Source: an uncultured Clostridia bacterium
GTDB lineage: Bacteria; Bacillota; Clostridia; Lachnospirales; CAG-274
Direction: 5' to 3'
Length of the DNA stretch: 32,000 bases
NCBI GenBank assembly: GCA_947624015.1
Contig: CANQIA010000003.1
Coordinates: 101,541 to 133,540, forward strand
In this document: positions 20,722 through 28,102 of the stretch, one piece after another
How the letters are laid out: the number at the start of each line of letters is the position of its first letter
How positions within the stretch are numbered: the stretch's first letter is position 1
Translations under genes and position numbers: made by a program
The notes under the pieces: generated by a model
Database searches by the model: none
What the model saw: only the letters and a program-made list of their open reading frames with translations
Told to the model about the DNA's origin: nothing

Positions 20722-21849
20722 ATGAAAGCAGAAAGTTTAGTCAGAATAATAGGTTCGGATTTTTATACGGGCGTACCGGATTCACAGATAAAGGCGCTTT
20801 GCAATTATCTTATGAATACATACGGCATAGATCCTAAGCATCACTTAATAGCGGCAAATGAAGGCAACTGTACCGCTCTTGCGGCAGGCTATCATCTTGC
20901 CACGGGGAAAGTGCCTGTTGTATACATGCAGAACAGCGGCGAGGGAAATATAATAAACCCGGTCGCATCGCTTCTCAATGACAAGGTTTATGCCATACCC
21001 TGTATATTTATAATAGGATGGAGAGGAGAGCCGGGTATTCACGATGAGCCTCAGCACATATATCAGGGCGAAGTGACCGTAAAGCTCCTTGAGGATATGG
21101 ATATAAAGCCTTTCATAATTGGCACGGATACCACCGATGAAGAAGTTGAAAAGGCTATGTCCGATTTCAGAGAGATATTAGCAAAGGGCAAAAGCGTTGC
21201 CTTTGTAATACGCAAGAACGCTCTGACCTACGACGGAAAAGTCAAGTACGAAAACGATAATAAAATGGTCAGAGAGGAAATAATACAGCATATAGTCAAA
21301 TATACAGGCGAAGACCCTGTTGTTTCAACTACGGGAAAGGCAAGCAGAGAGCTTTTTGAAACCAGAGTTGCAAACGGTCAAAGCCATAAATACGACTTCC
21401 TTACGGTAGGTTCTATGGGACACAGTTCATCCATAGCTTTAGGTATTGCCATAAACAAGCCCGATACAAAAATATGGTGTATTGACGGGGACGGGGCTGT
21501 GCTTATGCATATGGGTTCTATGGCGCTTATGGGCGCAAATGCTCCCCAAAATATGGTGCATATAGTTATAAATAACGGCGCTCATGAAACCGTAGGCGGT
21601 ATGCCGACTGTGGCTGAAAAGATAAACCTTGTTGAGATCGCAAGAGCTTGCGGTTATCCCAATGCTATATGCGTTGACAACTTTAACGACCTTGACAAAG
21701 AGCTTGAAAAAGCAAAGGTCAAAAACGAACTGAGCTTCATTGAGGTAAAGTGTTCCATAGGTGCAAGGGATGATCTTGGCAGACCTACTACTACTGCATT
21801 GGAGAATAAAGAATATTTTGTTGGTTATCTTAAAGAGCTCAGCAATTAG
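20722..21849 (+). CDS. ppd: Phosphonopyruvate decarboxylase (ThDP-dependent)
   Basis: Single-chain Ppd/AepY-like protein: FYTGVPDSQIK and ANEGNCTALAAGYHLATGK in the N-terminal half, and ThDP motif GDGAVLMHMGSMALMG...VINNGAHE. SD GGAGGAG favours ATG 20722 over TTG 20716. Confidence 0.9.
   Translation: MKAESLVRIIGSDFYTGVPDSQIKALCNYLMNTYGIDPKHHLIAANEGNCTALAAGYHLATGKVPVVYMQNSGEGNIINPVASLLNDKVYAIPCIFIIGWRGEPGIHDEPQHIYQGEVTVKLLEDMDIKPFIIGTDTTDEEVEKAMSDFREILAKGKSVAFVIRKNALTYDGKVKYENDNKMVREEIIQHIVKYTGEDPVVSTTGKASRELFETRVANGQSHKYDFLTVGSMGHSSSIALGIAINKPDTKIWCIDGDGAVLMHMGSMALMGANAPQNMVHIVINNGAHETVGGMPTVAEKINLVEIARACGYPNAICVDNFNDLDKELEKAKVKNELSFIEVKCSIGARDDLGRPTTTALENKEYFVGYLKELSN
21671..21813 (+). repeat. 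143-nt near-identical direct repeat, copy A (inside the intact ppd 3' end)
   Basis: Manual alignment to 23991-24133 (offset 2320) gives 141/143 identical. The differences are at 21727 (G vs A) and 21760 (G vs A). Confidence 0.9.
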
Positions 21850-21867
21850 AATTATTTTTCGGGGTTT

Positions 21868-23064
21868 ATGATGAATAATAAAATTTATTTTTTGAAGCTG
21901 CTTAAATCATATATATATAATAAAAAAATAGAATATGATGAAAATGTTGACTGGTTCGAAATTCTAAGACTTGCGAATATTCATTCTGTTCAGTGTATGA
22001 TATATCTAGCTATTGATAAATTGGATAAAAGACCTCCTATCTATGATGAGTTAAAAAAACTTTTTTTAAAAACTGTACAGATCTCAACTCTTCAGGAAAT
22101 AGGTATGAAGCAAACAATAGCAACGCTTAACGATAATTGCATTGAACATATACTTATAAAAGGATATGTACTTAGAAACTATTATCCTAATAAGGAAGTT
22201 AGGAGTTTTGGCGATATTGATATTCTGGTCGATGAAAGCGATATAAAAAAAGCCAATAATGCTCTTTTAAATATTGGTTTTGAATTCAATGAGGATAAAT
22301 CGGAAAATGCTGTGCAAACATATACAAAAGGTATCTTATGTTTGGAAATGCATACAGACCTAATATATGAACGACTGTTCAACGATTTTGATTATATCAA
22401 CTATTTTCGAGAGAAAATAAAAAATAAAGAGCATGTCAAAAATTATACTTATACATATGAACTCAAAAAAGAGGATCATTTTATATATATTCTTGTTCAT
22501 CTTGCCAAGCATTTTTATAACATCGGTGCAGGAATAAGAATGGTTCTGGATATAGTTGTATTTTTAAATAAATTTGGCAAAGTAATTGATTTTAAATATA
22601 TAGAAAACGAGCTTGACTCTATACAGCTCAAATATTTTTCTAATGTTATTTTTTATATTTGCAAAAAATACTTTGATACGGATATTGAATGTACACCGAT
22701 CGATGATAAGAAATTAGAACAGATAATTGATTATATTTTGGAACATGGTGTATTTGGCTTTGACAATATAGCGGTGCAGAGCGTTATGCTTAGGAACAAC
22801 GGAGATAAAGGTATCAAGTTATTTTTAAAAATGATGTTTCCTGATATGGCAGTTATGACAAGGATCTATCCATGGTTCAAAAACGGCAATAAATATATGC
22901 TTCCTTATGCATGGTTAAGGAGATGGTTATATCTGCTTACTAACAAAAATAAACGAAATGAAATTGGAACAAAGCTATCTGCTATTATGGATGATGATAT
23001 AGATGTAAATAAACATACTGAAATGATAAAATCTTTTGGACTAAAGCAAGATCGTCATACATAA
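21868..23064 (+). CDS. Uncharacterised nucleotidyltransferase-fold protein (pol-beta type, NTP_transf_5-like), paralog 2
   Basis: KGYVLRNYYPNKEVRSFGDIDILVDESD. Collinear with paralog 1 (shared blocks IHSVQ, KPPIYD/RPPIYD, YELKKEDHFIY.LVHLAKHFYN.G.GIRM, MLPYAW). Starts 18 nt after the ppd stop. Confidence 0.65.
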   Translation: MMNNKIYFLKLLKSYIYNKKIEYDENVDWFEILRLANIHSVQCMIYLAIDKLDKRPPIYDELKKLFLKTVQISTLQEIGMKQTIATLNDNCIEHILIKGYVLRNYYPNKEVRSFGDIDILVDESDIKKANNALLNIGFEFNEDKSENAVQTYTKGILCLEMHTDLIYERLFNDFDYINYFREKIKNKEHVKNYTYTYELKKEDHFIYILVHLAKHFYNIGAGIRMVLDIVVFLNKFGKVIDFKYIENELDSIQLKYFSNVIFYICKKYFDTDIECTPIDDKKLEQIIDYILEHGVFGFDNIAVQSVMLRNNGDKGIKLFLKMMFPDMAVMTRIYPWFKNGNKYMLPYAWLRRWLYLLTNKNKRNEIGTKLSAIMDDDIDVNKHTEMIKSFGLKQDRHT

Positions 23065-23261
23065 ACCGAAATTATATAAATATATATTGCAGGTTTCGAT
23101 GGATATAAAAATAGCAGAAATTTTGTTATACCACAGTTAGAAGTAAGGGTAACAAAACAAATAAGAAAATCTCAATTTATGATGACTCAGATCCCGGTAT
23201 CTATTAAAAAGATAATCAGATTTATTTTGTTATGCCTTCTTTTTTATGAGGAGAATAAATA

Positions 23262-23780
23262 ATGGATTTAAAAAAACTGAACTATTTAGTCATAGATGTT
23301 GATGGAACAATGACCGACGGTGGGATTTATTATGATGAGAACGGAAGCGAAATAAAAAAATTTAATACCAGGGATGCGGCAGGCTTTTTTGCTGCAAAAG
23401 CGGCAGGAATAAAAATAATTGTACTGACGGGCAGAGAGTGTGCGGCTACGACCCGAAGAATGAATGAGTTAAAGGTTGATTTTATTTTTCAGAACATAAA
23501 AAACAAAAAAGAATTCTTGTCAGTGTTTATGGAAGAAAAGAATATCGTCAGAAAAGAAATTGGTTATATAGGCGATGATCTCAATGACCTTGCGCCAATG
23601 AAGCTAACGGGATATATAGCTTGTCCATCCGACAGTTGTCGGGAAATAAAAGATATAGCTGATTATATAAGCTCCAATAAAGGCGGTCATGGCGCAGTAC
23701 GGGATATAATAGAACACATATTGCGCGAGCGTGGAATATGGAATAAAGTTGTATCAGAAATTTATATGAGCGGTATATAA
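23262..23780 (+). CDS. HAD-IIIA phosphatase of the KdsC/YrbI family (3-deoxy-ulosonate phosphate phosphatase-like)
   Basis: Motif I VIDVDGTMTDG, then NTRDAAG, the motif III/IV region IGDDLNDL, and the C-terminal GGHGAVRD typical of KdsC/KDN-9-P phosphatases. SD GAGGAG. Confidence 0.8.
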   Translation: MDLKKLNYLVIDVDGTMTDGGIYYDENGSEIKKFNTRDAAGFFAAKAAGIKIIVLTGRECAATTRRMNELKVDFIFQNIKNKKEFLSVFMEEKNIVRKEIGYIGDDLNDLAPMKLTGYIACPSDSCREIKDIADYISSNKGGHGAVRDIIEHILRERGIWNKVVSEIYMSGI

Positions 23781-23932
23781 GAATTAATAAAAAGGATAAA
23801 TTATGTTTTAGAAATATAAACAGAAATTAACAATTTAAGTCTTAATGTGATTAAAAATAAAGTTTTTTATATACTTGGAGAAGTGTAACTGACATTGATG
23901 TAGAAAAGGGGTTAATATCAACAAAATCGCCC

Positions 23933-24166
23933 AAAGTAGATTATAGCAATGTGATAATAGCAAAAGCCTGCGGTTGTCTAAATGTAGTGTGCGTTGACAA
24001 CTTTAACGACCTTGACAAAGAGCTTGAAAAAGCAAAGGTCAAAAACAAACTGAGCTTCATTGAGGTAAAGTGTTCCATAAGTGCAAGGGATGATCTTGGC
24101 AGACCTACTACTACTGCATTGGAGAATAAAGAAAACTTTATGGATTACATAGAAAAATTGAAATAA
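23933..24166 (+). pseudogene. 3' remnant of a second phosphonopyruvate decarboxylase gene
   Basis: Translation (...KVDYSNVIIAKACGCLNVVCVDNFNDLDKELEKAKVKNKLSFIEVKCSISARDDLGRPTTTALENKENF...) matches only the last ~75 residues of the intact Ppd (EKINLVEIARACGYPNAICVDNFNDLDKELEKAKVKNELSFIEVKCSIGARDDLGRPTTTALENKEYF). There is no N-terminal or ThDP-binding part and no SD. Confidence 0.8.
23991..24133 (+). repeat. 143-nt near-identical direct repeat, copy B (inside the ppd remnant)
   Basis: 141/143 identical to 21671-21813. The flanks diverge abruptly (24 of 34 nt identical immediately upstream; poor similarity downstream). Confidence 0.9.
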
Positions 24167-24304
24167 TAAAAATGTAATATAAGCATGGTATGTTCTTCAA
24201 GGGGTTGTACTTTGGGATTTTTAGAATATTTTTTGCAAACCACCGAGCTTGTGCTTAATATTGTTTACAAGGTAAAGTATAGATATTTTTTGATGAATTT
24301 AACT

Positions 24305-24336
24305 ACGGCATCCGATTTAGATATATCGAATGCCGT
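24305..24336. terminator. Strong hairpin between convergent units (possible bidirectional terminator or RNA stabiliser)
   Basis: acggcatccgat (24305-24316) pairs with atcgaatgccgt (24325-24336): 11 bp plus one C/A mismatch, 8-nt loop. It lies between the + strand ppd remnant and the stop of the - strand gene (24396). Neither side has a clear U-tract, hence the low confidence. Confidence 0.35.
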
Positions 24337-24395
24337 AAAGCTATATAATATTAATATTGAGTATTTATACAAATTTAATTATTTATAATTTCAAC

Positions 24396-25730
24396 TCAGC
24401 AATAATTAACTTGATCTTTCCAGCTCTGCCACAATATAAGAGAGGAAGCACTACTTGGTACCATATCAAACCATCTAAACTTATTTTCAAAGCTTATGCG
24501 GCTATTGTCGTTATATTTATAATTTAAAAATCTTCCGGAAATACCATCAGGTAATATGCATATAAAATTAGAATCAAAATCTGCTGTGTTTAAAAAATAA
24601 ATATAGTCTCCATCTCTTGTAAGATTAGGATTTTCATGCTTATATTCTACTAGAGTATTAAATTTCATATATACTTGTTCGGATGTAATATTTAATTTTA
24701 TATAAATAAGTAATTGTGGTTTACCTCCTTCTACTAAATTCCTGTAAATATATATTATTTTGCACTTATCAATATTATTATTGTCTATATTTAGTTCATC
24801 CTTGGCTTCTTTTTTTATTGCATTATAAATTCCATCCTTTATATCCTTAGCTTCCTTTATATATTTATATTTAAAAGATGCTTGAACACCTAGCCCTAAA
24901 TTATCTTTTTCTACGGAAAGATTTTTGGAGCGTTTTACAAATACTATTTTTTCATCAATTGTTTCTACTACTGCATTAAAGCCCAAATGATTTGATAATT
25001 TAGAATCGCTTAATGAACCTACTGAATTATCTAAAACAAATAGCTTTCTAAGATTAATGTTTCCATTAATTCTAAAATCCATAGCCCTGTTTGTAATAAG
25101 GGAATAAAAATATTGGGTTTCTCCCAAGTATACTTTTATAAAGTTTTTGTCTTTATCTATATGATTTACCCGATATAATTTGTTGTTATATTTTGTACTT
25201 TGTGAATGAGCTGAGAATAAAAAATTATGATTTTCAATTGAAAAGATAGGCGGCTTGTATTTTTTATCACTTTCAAATTCAAATAATAATATATTCTCGT
25301 CTATAATAATATATTCAGGTATAAGAGGACTTTTAATTTCTGCCCCATATGTACAATTTGAGACATTATTTGTGTGCTTTTTTGCTAATTTAAGATTTCT
25401 TTTGCTTACGCATTTCTGGGTATATTTCATTAAATTATCTTTGCTATAAATTTCACATAGTTTAGCATAATCTTCTGAAAGCTTATCGCTATCTTCTAAT
25501 ATTTTTTTAAAAAAATTAAAACAAAAGATATATACTATCAATGCAGCAAACAAAGTTGCCAAAATGTTAATAGTAAATGTGTACGCTATGCTATTTTTAT
25601 AGGCACGAAAAAAATACATTGCAGATGCTATAATTATGATAATTATAGTTACAAGAGCATATGTATATTGCCCCTTTTCACTAAATTTCCTAAGAAATCT
25701 ATATATTCTGTTTTTATTTTTTCTTCTCAT
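24396..25730 (-). CDS. Hypothetical membrane-anchored protein (N-terminal 2 TM helices + ~350-aa soluble region with a degenerate Nudix-like motif)
   Basis: SD AAGGAGG (25738-25744) lies 7 nt before ATG 25730 (MRRKNKNRIYRF...). Two hydrophobic helices (YALVTIIIIIIASAMYFF; FTINILATLFAALIVYIFCFNFF). The C-terminal region LGFNAVVETIDEKIVFVKRSKN...GLGVQASF...AIKKEAKDELNI resembles the Nudix fold entry and box (Gx5Ex7REUxEExGU) with substitutions at conserved positions. No family is confidently recognised. Confidence 0.8.
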   Translation of the reverse strand: MRRKNKNRIYRFLRKFSEKGQYTYALVTIIIIIIASAMYFFRAYKNSIAYTFTINILATLFAALIVYIFCFNFFKKILEDSDKLSEDYAKLCEIYSKDNLMKYTQKCVSKRNLKLAKKHTNNVSNCTYGAEIKSPLIPEYIIIDENILLFEFESDKKYKPPIFSIENHNFLFSAHSQSTKYNNKLYRVNHIDKDKNFIKVYLGETQYFYSLITNRAMDFRINGNINLRKLFVLDNSVGSLSDSKLSNHLGFNAVVETIDEKIVFVKRSKNLSVEKDNLGLGVQASFKYKYIKEAKDIKDGIYNAIKKEAKDELNIDNNNIDKCKIIYIYRNLVEGGKPQLLIYIKLNITSEQVYMKFNTLVEYKHENPNLTRDGDYIYFLNTADFDSNFICILPDGISGRFLNYKYNDNSRISFENKFRWFDMVPSSASSLILWQSWKDQVNYC

Positions 25731-25752
25731 GACATATCCTCCTTTAACTAAC

Positions 25753-25780
25753 ATTATAACACATTTTTTTATTAAATCAA
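25753..25780 (-). promoter_or_regulatory. Sigma-A-type promoter for the 2-TM gene
   Basis: On the - strand: -35 TTGATT (25780-25775), 16-nt spacer, extended -10 TGT-TATAAT (TATAAT = 25758-25753). This predicts a very short leader ending in the AAGGAGG SD. Confidence 0.5.
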
Positions 25781-26238
25781 TACATAATTTAAAAATACTT
25801 AAAGACTTATTTTAAACGCTGAAGGAATTTTTGGATTTGACATTTTTATTTTGAGAATATTAATTTATTGTTCCTTAAAATAATATGTTTGTCAGAGATT
25901 GATCCAATGAATAATTTGATAATTTTTTTATAAAAATATTCTCGGGATAATTATTGTATTCTTTTAGATCTTGAACAGTTTTTCGTGTAGCAATCTTTTT
26001 TTATATTATTATATTGAATTGATATGTTAAAAACTGTTTAATGTATTTGATTATGTATCTGGCATTTATGATATTGAAATACAATAATTGTTTATTGTTT
26101 TATCTTGTCCTAAAAATCTACGCCAGTGATTATATTACAGGAACTCCAAAGGATCTTTATATATTGCTCTATAAAAGCTAAGTACTATAAATAGTTCTGT
26201 TATTGTTTTCATAAAGATATACTGTATAAATTTACATT

Positions 26239-26275
26239 AAAAAAGCACCCTTGAATTTTTCAAAAGTGCTTTTTT
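26239..26275. terminator. Rho-independent terminator (bidirectional shape) ending the thi operon
   Basis: aaaagcac (26241-26248) pairs with gtgctttt (26266-26273), with an inner ttgaa/ttcaa stem. T6 follows the GC core when read on the - strand, and also on the + strand. It lies ~115 nt past the thiE stop. Confidence 0.55.
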
Positions 26276-26393
26276 AATGCCGCATTATTTTGCTCTTCTT
26301 GGAAACAAAATATAAATTTGTAAGTTCCATAAGCTTTTTTGTGTGCAGGGGCGCTGTTTCGCTGTAACTTTTTGCAGATATATTATATCGGAT

Positions 26394-26939
26394 CTATTCC
26401 TCTTTCATTTTCATGCTTTCGGACATCATACACACGCCAAAAGCCCCGACGTTTATGCAGCTTAAGGCGTTTTGGGGATCTATGCCGCCAAGGGCATACA
26501 CGGGTATATCTACAGCCTTGCATATTTTTTCAAGCTCTGCAAGTCCCTTTGGAGCAAGACCCTTTTTGCAGTCGGTTTCAAAAATATGGCTGAAGGTAAT
26601 ATAGCTTGCTCCGTAATTTTGGCAGGTCAAAGCCTCATTGATGCTGTGGGTGGATACGCCCTTTAATTCAAAATCCCTTATGAGGTCCCTATTTTCGATA
26701 AAAAGAGAGTAGGGCAAGTGTATTTTTTTGTATCCAAGCTCAAGCGCCGTGTTGATAAATGTATGGAGTATTATTTTATCGCTTATATCAATTGCTCTTT
26801 TGGCAAGAAAAGTATACTCCGCTTGAGGCAGATCCTTTTCCCTGAGTATTATATACCGATAATCGGATCTGTGGAGTATTTCGATCTGCTTAAGCAGATC
26901 ATCTGTTAAATTCCTGTTTGTTATAGCTATTTTAAACAT
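26394..26939 (-). CDS. thiE: Thiamine-phosphate synthase family protein (ThiE; a TenI-like alternative is not excluded)
   Basis: TIM-barrel ThiE/TenI pattern: GVSTHSINEA, GASYITFSHIFETDCK and IPVYALGGI. Short (181 aa). Its start overlaps the thiH stop by 8 nt (ATGTTTAA). Confidence 0.75.
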   Translation of the reverse strand: MFKIAITNRNLTDDLLKQIEILHRSDYRYIILREKDLPQAEYTFLAKRAIDISDKIILHTFINTALELGYKKIHLPYSLFIENRDLIRDFELKGVSTHSINEALTCQNYGASYITFSHIFETDCKKGLAPKGLAELEKICKAVDIPVYALGGIDPQNALSCINVGAFGVCMMSESMKMKEE

Positions 26940-28092
26940 ATATGTATTCGCTCATTACAGGCTGTAAGCCCTGTTCCTTAATAGCCTTATATACTTCTTC
27001 CACATTCCTGCCGTCGGAGATCTCAAACTGCTCGTCCCCCTTGCGCTTTCCGTCATCGCCATGACCGCCTATGCCTACATCCACGCCGGCTGATATTTTT
27101 GTAGCCGCAATTTTTATAATATTGTCCCTGAATCTCTGACATTCCCTTGTAGAGATAGTAATGCTTGCAAAAGGCATAAATATCCTGTATGCGCATATTA
27201 CCTGCAAAAGCTGAGGCTCATGTACGTCCTTGGGATTTATTTTATCGTTATTTATAATAGGTCTGAGCCTTGGGCAAGAAAAAGCAATATCGGCATGAGG
27301 ATATTTTTTCTGTATGAGATATGCGTGCATACCTGTTGCAAAGGCGTCTTTTCTGAAATCGTCAAGTCCCAGAAGAGCGGCAAAGCCAACACCGCGCATT
27401 CCGCCTCTTATAGCTCTTTCTTGGGCGTTAAGGCGATAGGGGAATATTCTCTTGTGTCCCTCCAGATGAAGAGTTTCATATTTATCGGAATTGTATGTTT
27501 CCTGAAATACCGTTACATAATCTGCGCCGCATTCGTGAAGATATCTGTATTCATCCGTGTTCATAGGATAAACTTCAAGTCCCACTACCTTGAAATATTT
27601 GCTAGCCAGCTTACATGCCATGCCTATGTATTTCACATCGGACATATTTCTGCTTTCGCCCGTAAGTATAAGTACTTCTTCAAGCCCCGTATCGGCAATG
27701 GCTTTCATTTCTTTTTCGATCTCTTCCTCATTGAGCTTTGCTCTGTTTATTTTGTTATGACAGTTGAAGCCGCAGTATATACAATAGTTTTCACAGTAGT
27801 TGGCTATGTAAAGGGGAGTAAACATATTTATGCTGTTGCCGAAATGCTTTCTGGTCTCAGCCATAGCCCTCTTAGCCATTTCTTCCAAGAAATTACCTGC
27901 GGCGGGAGAGAGCAGCGCTCCGAAATCATAGGGCGTAAGCACATCCGCTTTCAGAGCCTCCTCTACGTCAGATACTGTATATTTATCGGGATCGTAGTCA
28001 TTTCTTGCCTTTATGACCTTGTCCTGTATCTCCGAGCCTATGTTCTCCATATCCGGTAGATATGTCATGTGATCTATTCTTTTCTGTTCCAT
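26932..28092 (-). CDS. thiH: 2-iminoacetate synthase ThiH (radical SAM tyrosine lyase)
   Basis: Radical-SAM cluster motif CENYCIYCGF and ThiH-like length and C-terminal region. SD GAGGTG. Follows thiG in the operon. Confidence 0.93.
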   Translation of the reverse strand: MEQKRIDHMTYLPDMENIGSEIQDKVIKARNDYDPDKYTVSDVEEALKADVLTPYDFGALLSPAAGNFLEEMAKRAMAETRKHFGNSINMFTPLYIANYCENYCIYCGFNCHNKINRAKLNEEEIEKEMKAIADTGLEEVLILTGESRNMSDVKYIGMACKLASKYFKVVGLEVYPMNTDEYRYLHECGADYVTVFQETYNSDKYETLHLEGHKRIFPYRLNAQERAIRGGMRGVGFAALLGLDDFRKDAFATGMHAYLIQKKYPHADIAFSCPRLRPIINNDKINPKDVHEPQLLQVICAYRIFMPFASITISTRECQRFRDNIIKIAATKISAGVDVGIGGHGDDGKRKGDEQFEISDGRNVEEVYKAIKEQGLQPVMSEYIYV

Positions 28093-28102
28093 AGTACACC
28101 TC

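Noticed and set aside
24185-24388. 67-aa ORF downstream of the ppd remnant
   Set aside because: No SD, low-complexity AT-driven composition, and it contains the 24305-24336 hairpin. More likely non-coding spacer between convergent units.
26041-26181. 46-aa hydrophobic small ORF (MYLIMYLAFMILKYNNCLLFYLVLKIYASDYITGTPKDLYILLYKS) in the AT-rich spacer; considered as a small toxin or bacteriocin-like peptide
   Set aside because: No ribosome-binding site or recognisable promoter, and AT-rich DNA readily yields such hydrophobic ORFs. It cannot be supported from sequence alone.
27220-28059. 279-aa + strand ORF, and similar long ORFs at 30520-31125, 19042-19509, 11690-12097, 13293-13718, 28933-29394 and 29198-29593
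   Set aside because: All lie antisense to or out of frame within confidently identified genes (thiH, feoB, Ppm, manC, NTase paralog, thiF). They have implausible compositions and no SD, so they are shadow ORFs.
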